DNA from: Cetorhinus maximus
Lineage: Eukaryota
Length of the DNA: 64,000 nt
Direction: 5' to 3'
Assembly: GCF_964194155.1 (NCBI RefSeq)
Contig: NC_135901.1
Location: forward strand, 26,598,001-26,662,000
The notes under the pieces were generated by a model. It had not been told where the DNA came from. It saw only the letters and a program-made list of their open reading frames with translations, and ran no database searches. The translations under genes were made by a program, and so were the position numbers. Positions 11,161-22,428 of the stretch are shown in pieces (the first letter of the stretch is position 1; each line of letters starts with the position of its first letter).

Positions 11161-12138
11161 ATGGAGAAACCGTGGAAATGTGGGGACTGTGGGAAGGGAT
11201 TCAGGTCCCCGTCTGTGCTGGAAATTCATCGACGCAGTCACACTGGGGAGAAACCGTTCATCTGCTCCGAGTGTGGAAAGGGATTCGCTCAGTCATCTAG
11301 CTTACGCAAGCACCTGAGAACTCACACTGGGAAAAGACCGTTCACCTGCTCTGAGTGTGGGAAGAGATTCACTCAACAAACCCACCTCACAACACACCAA
11401 CTTGTTCACTCTGACATGAGACCTTTCAAATGTTCTGCCTGTGAGAAGAGCTTTAAAAGCAAAAAAAATCTGCTGATACACCAGCGAGTTCACACTGGGG
11501 AGAGGCCGTTCACCTGCTCTGCATGTGGGAAGGGATTCACTCAGTTATCCAGCCTTCTGACCCACCAGCGAGTTCACACTGGGGAGAAACCATTTGCCTG
11601 CCCTGAATGTGGGATGGCATTCACTCAATTGTGCAACCTGTTGGATCATCAGAGAGTTCACACTGGGGAGAGGCCGTTCACCTGCTCTGTGTGTGGGAAA
11701 GGATTCGCTCAGTCATCCACCTTGCTGAGACACCAGCGCATTCACACTGGGGTGAAACCGTTCACCTGCTCCGAGTGTGGGAAGGGATTCACTCAGCTCA
11801 CCCACCTCACTTCACACCAACGTGTTCACTCTGACATGAGACCTTTTGAATGTTCCGACTGTGAAAAGAGTTTCAAAGGCAAAATGGATCTGCTGACTCA
11901 CCAGCGTACTCACACAGGAGAGAGGCCGTTCACCTGCTCCGTGTGTGGGAAGGGATTCACTCAGCATTCCCTCCGGCTGAAACACCAGCGCGTTCACACC
12001 AGGGAGAGACCGTTCACCTGCTCCGTGTGTGGGAAGGGATTCTCTCGTTCATCCACCCTGCAGACACACCAGCGAGTTCACAAGTTGCAGGGGTTGGATT
12101 CTGCTGTTATTGCTGCTGTTAATCATATCCAGGACTGA
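11161..12138 (+). CDS. C2H2 zinc-finger protein, 11 fingers plus a 17-aa C-terminal tail (ZNF-3)
   Basis: accATGg at 11161, open frame MEKPWKC...HKLQGLDSAVIAAVNHIQD*. AATAAA at about 12230; decayed finger leader at about 10802-11160. Confidence 0.88.
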   Translation: MEKPWKCGDCGKGFRSPSVLEIHRRSHTGEKPFICSECGKGFAQSSSLRKHLRTHTGKRPFTCSECGKRFTQQTHLTTHQLVHSDMRPFKCSACEKSFKSKKNLLIHQRVHTGERPFTCSACGKGFTQLSSLLTHQRVHTGEKPFACPECGMAFTQLCNLLDHQRVHTGERPFTCSVCGKGFAQSSTLLRHQRIHTGVKPFTCSECGKGFTQLTHLTSHQRVHSDMRPFECSDCEKSFKGKMDLLTHQRTHTGERPFTCSVCGKGFTQHSLRLKHQRVHTRERPFTCSVCGKGFSRSSTLQTHQRVHKLQGLDSAVIAAVNHIQD

Positions 12139-12354
12139 ACCATTTCATTCTGATAGTTAGCATTTGTTTCAGTTGATGTGAAAAAATATCTGTAACTGGG
12201 CTGGAGTTTAATAATCTGGATATGGGTTAAATAAATTAGCTTTCTGTCAAACACATAGTGCTTGAGTCCTTGATTTCTCAAAGATAAGAGGAGACTGTTT
12301 GATGTCCTGTTACTGACTGTTCCATTTTTGAGCCTTTTCTCTGTTGTTAATCGA

Positions 12355-12810
12355 GACCTGTATTTATATAGCGCCTTTCACAACTGCAGGACGTCCCAAA
12401 AGTGCTTTACAGCCAATGAAGTTCTTTTGAAGTGTACTCACTGCTGTAACGTAGAAAGTACAGTTGCCAAATTGTGCACAGTGAGATCCCACTAATAGAA
12501 ATGTGATTGTGACCAGATAACCTGCTCAATGATGTTTGTTGAGGGATAAATATGAAGCAGTACACCAGGAAGAACTCCCCTGCTCCTTCTAATAACATCA
12601 TGGGAACTTTTACGCCCAACAGAGAGGGCAGATGGGGCCATAGTTGAAGGTCTCATCTGGAAGATGGGACCTCTGACAGTGCAGTGCTCCCTCAGTACTG
12701 CATCAAAATATCAACCTGGATTTTATACTCTTGTTTCTGGATGTGGATTTGAACTCTCAGTCTCCCGACTCAAAGATAAGAATGCAACCACTGAGCCACA
12801 ACTAACACCT
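12355..12810 (-). mobile_element. Deu-domain SINE (SacSINE1/AmnSINE-like), near full length
   Basis: Minus strand has a tRNA head (gtgttagttgtggctcagtggt), a central gagggagcactgcactgtcagagg ... gggagttcttcctggtg ... tttatccctcaa Deu-like domain, and an L2-type tail (ggcgctatataaata). Family recognised from memory. Confidence 0.7.
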
Positions 12811-12909
12811 CATCATTACTCTAGATTATTTCAGTTCTCATACCTTCATTAACTCTCATGGACAAGTGTAAGATTTTAGTTCAGGAGTCACAGATTTCCC
12901 CAAAAGGGG

Positions 12910-13342
12910 GTCATAGGAACATAGCAGTAGGCCATTTGACCCTTCGATCCTGCTCCACTATTCAGTAAGATCATGGCTGATCTGGTTGCCGTCTCAACTC
13001 CTCTTTCCTGTCTGCCCCCACAACCCTCAACACCCTTGCCTAACAAAGATCTATCTAACTCAGCCTTGAATAAATTTAGAGACCCAATTCCAAACATCAA
13101 CAAGCCTTTGGGAGAAAAAATTCTCTTCTGTCTTAAAAGGGAGACCTCTTATTTTTAAACTATGTCCCCTAATTGTAGCATCCCCCACAAGTGGAAACAT
13201 CCTTTGGGTATCCACTCGATCAAGTTCCCTCAGCATCTTACATGTTTCAATAAGATCACCTCTCATTCTTCCAAACTCCAATGGGTAAAGGCCCAACCTG
13301 TCCAACCTTTCTTCAAAAGATAAGCCCTTCATCCCAGGAATG
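12910..13342 (-). mobile_element. CR1 3' fragment
   Basis: LIPGMKGLSFEERLDRLGLYPLEFGRMRGDLIE and a CR1 tail. Confidence 0.88.
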
Positions 13343-16300
13343 AGGGAACATTTCCAGTGCCAGGGGCCAGCATGTGTGTGGGAAGTGTCTCCAGCTGCAG
13401 CTCCTGGAAGCCCGGGTTTTGGAGCTGGAGCGGCGGCTGGGGACACTGTGGAGCATCCGCGAGGCGGAGAGTATTGTGGACAGCACGTATAGAGAGGTGG
13501 TCACACCACAGGCTAAGAATCCACAGGCAGGAAGGGAATGGGTGACCACCAGGCAGAACAAGAGGACGAGGCAGACAGTGCAGGAATCTCCTGTGGCTAT
13601 TCCCCTGCAAAACAGATTTCCGCTTTGGATACTGTTGAGGGGAATGCCCTCTCAGGGGAAAGCAGCAGCAGCCAAATTAATTGCATCACGGTTGGCTCTG
13701 CTGCAGAGGGGAGGAGTTAAAAAGTGTGGGAATACAATAGTTATAGAGGGTTCAATTGTAAGTGGAATAGATAGGTGTTTCTGTGGTTGCAAACAAGACT
13801 CCAGGATGGTATGTTGTCTCCCTGGTGCTAGGGTCAAGGATGTCTCAGGGCAGCTACAGGACATTCTGAAGGGGGAGGGTGAAGAGCCAGTGGTCGTGGT
13901 ACACATTGGTACAAAAGACATAGGTAAAAAAAGGGATGCGGTCCTAAAAGCAGAATATAGGGAGTTAGGAAGTAAATTGAAAAGTAGGACCTCAAAGGTA
14001 GTGATCTCAGCATTACTACCAGTGCCATGTGCTAGTCAGAATAGAAATAGCAGGTTATATCGGATTAATTTGTGGCTGAAGAGATGGTGTGAGGGGGAGC
14101 GTTTCAGATTCCTGGGATATTGGGACCGGTTCTGGGGGAGGTGGGACCAGTACAAACTAGACGGGTTACACCTGGGCAGGACCGGAACAGATGTCCGAGG
14201 GGAAATAAGACCATAAGACATAGGAGCAGAAATTGGGCCATTCGGCCCATCGAGTCTGCTCCGCCATTCAATCATGACTGATAAGTTTCTCAACCCCATT
14301 CTCCCACCTTCTCCCCGTAACCTTTGATCCCCTTACCAATCAAGAACCTATCTATCTCGGTCTTAAATACACTCAATGACCTGGCCTCCACAGCCTTCTG
14401 TGGCAATGAATTCCATAGATTCACCATTCTCTGGCTAAAGAAGTTTCTCCTCATCTCCGTTATTGCTAGAGTGGTTGGAGAGGGTTTAAACTAAAATGGC
14501 AGGGGGATGGGAACCTATGCAAGGAGTCAGAGGAGGGGGAATCAAGGACGAGCAAAAGACAGAAAGGGGAATAAGAAAAGTGATAGAGAAATCAAGGCAA
14601 GAATCAAACAGGGCATCAGTGAAAAATAGAGAGAACAGAACAAGTAATGTTAAAAAGACAAGCCTTAAGGTTTTGTACCTTAACGCAAGGAGCGTTCGCA
14701 ATAAAGTGGATGAATTAACTGTGTAAATAGATGTAAACAGGTATGACATAGTCAGGATTACGGAGACATGGTTGCAGGGTGACCAGGGATGGGAACTGAA
14801 CATCCAGGGATGTTCAGTATTTAGGAAGGACAGACAAAAAAGAAAAGGTGGTGCAGTTGCATTGCTGGTTAAAGAGGAAATTAACGCAATAGTGAGGAAA
14901 GATATCAGCTCCGACGATGTGGAATCTGTATGGGTAGAGCTGAGAAACACTAAGGGGCAAAAAACATTAGCGGGGGTTGTATATAGACCCCCAAACTGTA
15001 GTGGTGATGTTGGGAATGGCATTAAACAGGAAATTAGAGACGCATGGAAAAAAGGAACAACAGTAATTATGGGTGACTTTAATCTGCATATAGATTGGGC
15101 AAATCAAATTATTAACAATACCATAGAGGAGGAATTCCTGGAGTGTCTATGGGATGATTTTCTGGACAAATACGTTGAGGAACCAGCTAGAGAACAGGCC
15201 ATCCGAGACTGGGTATTGTGTAATAAGAAAGGAATAATTGGCAATCTAGTTGTACCTTGGGGATGAGCGACCATGATATGATAGAATTCTTCATCAAGAT
15301 GGAGAGTGACGTAGTTGATTCTGAGACTCGGGCCCTGAATATTAATAAAGGAAACTACGATGGTATGAGACGCGAGTTGGCTATGATGGATTGGGAAACG
15401 TTACTTAAAGGGATGACAGTGGAGAGGCAATGGCAAACATTCAAAGAGCGCATGGGTGAACTGCAACAATTGTTTATTCCTGTCTGGCACAAAAATAAAA
15501 TAGGAAAGGTGGCTAAACCATGGCTTACAAGGGAAATTCGAGATAGTATTAGATCCAAGGAAGAGGCAGATAATTTGGCCAGAAAAAACAACAGACCTGA
15601 GGATTGGAAGCACTTTAGAATTCAGCAAAGGAGGACCAAGGGACTGATTAAGAAGGGGAAAATAGAGTACGAGAGTAAGCTTGCGGGGAACTTAGCAGTA
15701 AAAGTTTCTATAGGTATCTGAAGAGAAAAAGATTGGTGAAGGCAAATGTAGGTCCCTTACAGTCAGAAACAGGGGAATTTATAATGGGGAACAAAGAAAT
15801 GGCTGACCAACTAAATACATGCTTTGGTTTTGTCTTCACAAAGGAGGACACAAATAACATACCAGAAATGGTAGGGAACACAGGGTTTAGTGAGAGGGGA
15901 GAACTGAAAGAAATCAGTATTAGTAGGGAAATGGTGTTGGGGAAATTGATAGGATTGAAGGCCGACAAATCCCCAGGGCCTGATAATCTACATCCCAGAA
16001 TACTTAAGGAAGTGGCCCTAGAAATAGTAGATGCATTGGTGGTCATCTTCCGAGATTCTATAGACTCTGGAACAGTTCCTACAGATTGGAGGGTAGCTGA
16101 TGTAACCCCACTATTTAAAAAGGGAGGTAGAGGGAAAACAGGGAATTATAGACCAGTCAGCCTGATGTTGGTAGTGGGGAAAATTCTAAAGTCCATTATA
16201 AAAGATTTAATAACTGAGCACTTGAAAAACAGTGGCAGAATCAGACAGAGTCAGCATGGATTTATGAAAGGGAAATCATGCTTGACAAATCTACTGGAAT

Positions 16301-17541
16301 TTTTCAAGAATGTAACTAGTAGAGTTGATGAGGGGGAGCCAGTGAATGTGGTTTATTTTGTCTTTCAGAAGGCTTTCAACAAAGTCCCACATAAGAGATT
16401 CACATGTAAAATTAAAGCACATGGGATTGGGGGTAATGTATCGAGATGGATAGAAAACTGGTTGGCAGACAGGAAAGAAAGAGTAGGAATAAACAGGTCT
16501 TTTTCCAAATGGCAGGGAGTGACTAGTGGGGTTCCGCAGGGATTGGTGCTGGGACCCCAGCTTTCCACAATATATATTAACGATTTGGATGAAGGAGCTA
16601 AATGTAATATCTCCAAATTTGCAGACGATACAAAGCTGGGTGGGAGGGTGGTCTGTGAGGAGGATGCAGAGTTGCTTCAGGGTGATTTGGACAAGCTGAG
16701 TGAGTGGGCAAATGCATGGCAGATGCAATATAATGTGGATAAATGTGAGGTTATCCACTTTGGTAGCAAAAACAGGAAGGCAGATTATTATCTGAATGGC
16801 TATAAATTGAGAGAGAGGAATGTGCAACGAGACCTGGGTGCCCTCGTACACCAGTCATTGAAGGTAAGCATGCAGGTGCAGCAGGTGGTAAAGAAGGCAA
16901 ATGGTATGTTGGCCTTCATAGCGAGAGGATTTGAGTACAGGAGCAGGGATGTCTTGCTGCAATTATAAAGGGCCTTGGCGAGACCACCCTTGGAACATTG
17001 TGTGCTGTTTTGGTCTCCTTATCTGAGGAAGGATGTTCTTGCTATAGAGGGAGTGCAGTGAAGGTTTACCCGACTGATTCCTGGGATGGCGGGACTGACA
17101 CATGAGGAGAGATTGAGTCGATTAGGATTATATTCGCTGGAGTTCAGGAGAATGAGGGGGGGATCTCATAGAAACCTATAAAATTCTAACAGGACTAGAC
17201 AGGGTAGATGCAGGAAGGATGTTCCTGATGGTTGGGGAGTCCAGAACCAGGGGTCACAGTCTGAGGATATGGGATAGCCCATTTAGAACTGAGTTGAGGA
17301 GAAATTTCTTCACCCAGAGAGTGGTGAGCCTGTGGAATTCGCTACCACAGATAGTAGTTGAGGCCAAAACATTGTATGTTTTCAAGAAGGAGTTAAAGAT
17401 AGCTCTTGGGGCAAAAGGGATCAAAGGTTATGGGGAGAAAGTGGGAGCAGGCTATTGAGTTGGATGATCAGCCATGATCATAATGAATGGCAGAGCAGGC
17501 TCAAAGGGCCGAATGGCTGACTCCTGCTCCTATGTTCTATG
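13343..17541 (+). mobile_element. Near full-length CR1 LINE (ORF1 zinc knuckle/coiled coil/SGNH esterase; ORF2 APE-RT), disrupted
   Basis: ORF1 CGKC..LEARVLELE, VVVHIGT, DGLHL; ORF2 YLNARS, GVVYRPP, MGDFN, SDH, KFADD. Several stops and frameshifts. Confidence 0.95.
14207..14460 (-). mobile_element. Short CR1 3' end nested antisense inside the CR1 at the end of ORF1
   Basis: Interrupts ggggaat|atttgctagag, which is contiguous in sister copies. Has a short-repeat tail aagaccataagacataggagc. Confidence 0.85.
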
Positions 17542-17884
17542 TAGTACTATTTCACTTTTAAGAACATTAAGAATAACATGACAGAGAAAGACATGATTTT
17601 AGAGCAGCGACACTAGGTCAGATCAAGTTCAGTTAATATGATTGCCAAGCAGTGATAGGAAGCACTTGCAATTCATGTGCGCCTTCTCTGTGCATTTTCC
17701 AGGTTACAATGAATTGATTCTCTCACTGCCTGTCTTGAGTATATTCCAGATGCAAATCCATGAAGATTTGAACACGAGAGAAATCAATGTATTTGGGGAG
17801 AGTGCAGGAAAGTGGAGTTGAGGTCATTTATTGGTTCAGAGACCCAAGGGGCTCTATGGTCTACCTCTGTTCCTATTTCTTCTG

Positions 17885-18665
17885 TTCTTATGAACATCAC
17901 TGTGAATCATTTCCATGCAAGCACAGCAGATGCAGCCCCTGCTCTTTCACCTCCTCCCTTCCCATGTTTCAGGCCCTCAACACACTTTCCAGGTGACACA
18001 GTGATTTCCTTGTACTTCTTGCAACTTAATATTGTGTTTTCACTGCTCACAGTCTCCTTTACACTGGGGAGACTAAACCCAGCTTGAGCGTCTGCTTTGT
18101 GGAACATCACCATCCAGTTTGCGAGCATGATCCTGAGCTTCTGGTCATTTACTATTTTAATTCTCCACCTCACCTCAGGTCTGACCTCTCTGTCCTCGGC
18201 CTCCTGCACTGTTCAAATGAAGCTCAACAGAAACTCAAGTAACAGCAGCTCATCTTTGATCAGGCACTTTACAACCCTCAATATTCATTTCAACAATTTC
18301 AGATCATAATCATCACTCCCATTTTTTCGGACAGTGAGTGCTGGTCATGCTTCTGCTGTCACCATTTATACCTCCTCTGGATCTGTCTTTTATTTGTTCA
18401 CTTGCCCCATTAGTTTCTTTACTTGTCTCATTATCACCCAATTTTGCCTTGCATCATCATCCCCTTGGTCATTTACTCTCTTCCAGCCTTCCATCCTATC
18501 ACAAGACCGTTTTTTCTTTCCTCCTCACCGCCTCTCTCGTCCCTGACTCTTCGCTTGTTTGTGAACTATTAAATCTCTAAATTCTTCCAGTTTGGATAAA
18601 AGTTCACGGACCTGAAACATTCATTCTGTCTCCCTCTCCATAGATACTGTTTGACCTGCTGAGTC
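17885..18665 (+). mobile_element. Old Penelope-like element remnant (GIY-YIG region and 3' end)
   Basis: Degenerate homology to the 19.8-20.9 kb Penelope sequence, e.g. ctttacactggggagactaaac (LYxGETK) and the tccatagatactgtttgacctgctgagt end. Confidence 0.65.
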
Positions 18666-18671
18666 AAACAG

Positions 18672-18870
18672 GCCCCACCACTTCCCGGTCCCGCCGTTTG
18701 CACGATGGATGGGTCCAGGTTAACCGCCGACATCTTTGCGAGGGATAATCTTTGTAATGACTGGGAGGAGCTTGTTACCCATTGTTCAGAATGGGGACAA
18801 CTTGTCCATCAAGCTGCATCACCCTTTGACCTGGGTCATTTGACCCTCCATTCCCCTGGTTTGCACAAAA
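18672..18870 (+). repeat. Diverged duplicate of the promoter-downstream segment 21305-21560
   Basis: Shares cttgttacccattgttcagaatggggacaacttgtccat.aagctgcatcac.ctttgacctgggt with 21464-21529. Confidence 0.85.
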
Positions 18871-19050
18871 CATTTTCTCTTTTGAGGTCTTGTTTGTGGG
18901 TCACTGTGGATCAGTTTTCTCCCACTTATCGTTACCTGTTTAAAGGAGAAGAAGGAGCTTTTAAAGAATAAGACAACAGTAACTGTCTCCCTGTTCGACA
19001 TGAAACTAAACTCACTGCCAATTCCTCATCTGTAATAATGTTAAATACAA

Positions 19051-19122
19051 AGTTTCCAGCCGGAATTGAACCAGGGACTTTCTCATGTAAAGTAAACGTG
19101 AGAATCACTGCACTGGGGAAAT
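19051..19122 (-). pseudogene. tRNA-Val pseudogene (apparent TAC anticodon)
   Basis: The 72-nt minus-strand sequence atttccccagtgcagtgattctcacgtttactttacatgagaaagtccctggttcaattccggctggaaact aligns end to end with vertebrate tRNA-Val (GTTTCCGTAGTGTAGTGGTTATCACG...GGTTCGAAACCGGGCGGAAACA). Stems are broken. Confidence 0.75.
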
Positions 19123-19225
19123 GAGTGTGAATTCCACCGGACAGAGGGGAACTGACCATCCATCTCTAGCTCTAATTCCCAAACAGAAAATGCTGCCAAG
19201 AATTAGCAAGTCAGGCTGAGTCTGT

Positions 19226-20992
19226 ACAAAAACAAAAATAAAAATACCTGGAAAAACTCAACAGGTCTGACAGCATCTGCGGAGAGGAATACAGTTAATG
19301 TTTTGAGTCCGTATGACTCTTCAACAGAACTAAGGAAAAATAGAAGAGAAGTGAAATATAAACTGGTTTAAGGGGGAGTGGGACAGGTAGAGCTGGATAG
19401 AGGGCCAGTGATAGGTGGAGATTGCCAAAAGATGTTATATACAAAAGGACAAAGAGGTGTTGACGGTGGTGATATTAGCTAAGAAATGTGATAATAGGTG
19501 ACATTAAGGGTAGAAAGCAGGACGAGCAAGGTACAGATAGCCCTAGTGGGGATCAAAATAGGCTAAAAGGTAGAGATAAAACAACGGATACATAGAGATA
19601 AAACAATGGATACATTTAAAAATAGTGGAAATAGGTGGGAAAAGAAAAATCTATATAAATTATTAGAAAAAAGGGGGATCGGAAAGGGGGTGGGGATGGA
19701 CGAGAGAGTTCATGATCTAAAGTTTTTGAACTCAATATTCAGTCCAGAAGGCTGTAAAGTGCCTAGTCAGAAGATGAGGTGCTGTTCCTCCAGTTTGTGT
19801 TGAGCTTCACTGAAACATTACAGCAGGCCAAGGACGGAGATGTGGGCATGAGAGCAGGATGGAGTGTTGAAATGGCAAGTGACAGGGAAGTCTGGGTAAT
19901 GCTTGCGGAAGACCGAGGTCTTCCGCAAAGCGGTCACCCTGTCTGCGTTTGGTCTCTCCAATGTAGAGGAAACCGCATTGGGAGCAGCGAATGCAGTAGA
20001 CTAAATTCAGGGAAGTGCAAGTGAAATGCTGCTTCACTTGAAAGGAGTGTTTGGGCCCTTGGACGGTGAGGAGAAGGGAAGTAAAGGGGCAGGTGTTGCA
20101 CCTTCTGCGGTTGCATGGGAAGGTGCCGTGGGAGGGGGTTGAGGTGTAGGGGGTGATGGAGGAGAGGACCAGGGTGTCACGGAGGGAACAATCCCTGTGG
20201 AATACCGCTGTGGGGGGGTGAAGGGAAGATGTATTTGGTGGTGGCATCATGCTGGAGTTGGTGGAAATGGAGGAGGATGATACTTTGAACGCGGAGGGTG
20301 GTGGAGTGATAAGTGAGGACAAGGGTAACCCTATCATGGTTCTGGGAGGGAGAGGAAGGTGTGTGGGCAGACATGCGGGAGATGGGCCGAACATGCACCT
20401 CATCTTCCAACTAGGCACTTTACAGCCTTCCGGACTGAATATTGAGTTCAACAACTTTAGATCATGAACTCTCTCGTCCATCCACACCCCCTTTCCGATC
20501 CCCCTTTTTTCCAATAATTTATATAGATTTTTCTTTTCCCACCTATTTCCATTATTTTTAAATGTATTTCCATCCATTGTTTTATCTCTACCTTTTAGCC
20601 TATTTTGATCCCTTCCCCCCACCCCACCCCAACTAGGGCTATCTGTGCCTTGCTTGTCCTGCTTTCTACCCTTAATGTCACCTATTAGCACATTTCTTAG
20701 CTAAAGTCACCACCGTCAACACCTCTTTGTCCTTTTGTCTATGAGTTTCTCTATGTCTTTTGGTTATCTCCACCTATCACTGGCCCTCAATCCAGCTCTC
20801 CCTGTCCCACTTACCCTTAAACCAGCTTATATTTCACCTCTTTTCTATTTTTCCTTAGTTATGTTGAGTCATACGGACTCGAAACGTTAACTGTGTTCCT
20901 CTCTGCAGATGCTGTCAGACCTGCTGAGTTTTTGCAGGTATTTTTATTTTTGCTTTGGATTTCCAGCATCTGCAGTTTTTTGCTTTTATCAC
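19226..20992 (-). mobile_element. Penelope-like insertion: GIY-YIG endonuclease fragment between about 560-bp inverted pseudo-LTR arms, 11-bp TSD
   Basis: CNRRRCNTC ... FTCTSLNLVYCIRCSQCGFLYIGETKRR in ORF 19807-20691(-). Arms 19230-19785 and 20400-20955 are reverse complements. gctgagtctgt at 19215-19225 and 20993-21003. Confidence 0.9.
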
Positions 20993-21024
20993 GCTGAGTC
21001 TGTGGCCGCTCTCAGCGTTTGATA

Positions 21025-21440
21025 CCATCACAATGCGCGGGTGATTGACGGCAGCTTTGGACCAATAGGAAGAGGGGGGCGGGTCTGGAAGACCGAGCCT
21101 CGGTTGATCCTCCAACCAATAAGAGTGAATGAGAGGCGGGGCCGGGCTGCGATTGGGGAAAGGGTCGATAATGGCGACGGAGGAGCGTTTTTTTGCCAGA
21201 TCTGCAACCGGTAAGCGGGAAGGTGCCTCACGGCGGGAATGATGGATCTGGAGGGTGGGCGGGGAGGTTGTGTAAACATGCTGTGTAAGAGTAAACCCCC
21301 GAAAAGGAACTTCCCGGTCTCTCCATTTGCACCGAACTGGGCCGCAGCTTCGAGCGATGGGCCCAGGTTCACCGCCGCCATCTTTGTAGGGGGCAACGTG
21401 AAGCAGGGCACATGTGCGGCCGCCATCTTTGTAAGGGGCA
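21025..21440. promoter_or_regulatory. Promoter module P2 with downstream YY1-like motifs (upstream of ZNF-4)
   Basis: CCAAT at 21062 and 21116, GC boxes, CpG-rich. cgccgccatcttt at about 21373 and cgccatcttt at 21421; donor-like cg|gtaagc at about 21211. Confidence 0.75.
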
Positions 21441-22104
21441 ACCTTTGTAATAACTGGGCGAAGCTTGTTACCCATTGTTCAGAATGGGGACAACTTGTCC
21501 ATTAAGCTGCATCACGCTTTGACCTGGGTGATTTGATCTTCCATTACCCTGGTTTGCCCAGACCCAGATGCCTTAATTGGTGAGGCAGAGCAGCAGTAGA
21601 GAAGGCAGGAAAGGGAAGCAAACCCTGCTCTCCAGATCCCACGACCTCATAGGACGTCCTGCCCCATGTGCCCAAAGATCTGCGGGTCTGTTCAGTCACA
21701 TGAACCCCAACGGCAGACACTCACGATCCTGAATGGATGTCATCCTCGAGTCGAGAGACTGCCGACGACAATGATGGCGGGGGGGGAATGTGCAGCAGGG
21801 TGCATGGGCAAGGAAGCAGGGGCAGAGAGTGTTGTGAATTTCTATCCTGGACTGACAGGGATGGATTTTGGAAACTCCTTTTACAGGGGATTAGAAGGGG
21901 AGGATTTACACACAGCAAACTCAAATCAAGAGAAATGTTTGTCTCTTCTGAACTTTTAATCTTGGACTGACAGCGTTGGCTTTTGTAAATCTCTTTTAAA
22001 GGGTATTAGGAGAGGATTTGTGACAGGAAACTCAAACCAAATCTCACTTCAAAATCTGACAGAATCGCTCGATTCATCAGGACCTGGATATTGTCAGCTT
22101 ATGA

Positions 22105-22428
22105 GTGTTAGCTTTAAGGTCATTACCACTGACTGTGTAAAATTTCTTCCTCACATCTCCCCTGTCGATGTTGCTCAGAATCTTAAATCTGTGTCCTGTA
22201 ATCCTTTTACAATCAGCTGATGGGAACAGATTTTCTTTATCTACCTTATCTAAACCTATCATAAACTTGCACACTTCTATCAAATCTCCACTCAATCTCC
22301 ATTGTTCCAGGGAGAATAACCCCAGTTTCCCCAGCCTAACCTGCCAATTAATATTCCTCATCCCTGGAACCATTCTGGTAAATCTCTGCATCCTCTCAAG
22401 GACCCTCACATCCTTCTTAACGTGTGGT
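22105..22428 (-). mobile_element. CR1 fragment shared with paralogous 38760-39035
   Basis: LERMQRFTRMVPGM ... LGLFSLEQWRLSGDLIEV. Confidence 0.8.

Noticed and set aside
13374-14216. SGNH esterase-like ORF as a captured host gene
   Set aside because: It is the usual ORF1 of this CR1 type, present in the same position in all four copies.
20915-21475. ORFs containing KMAA / YKDGG motifs (also 38247-38552 and 57823-58290)
   Set aside because: These are translations of repeated YY1-like AAGATGGCGG motifs in GC-rich promoter DNA, and the frames are not conserved between copies.
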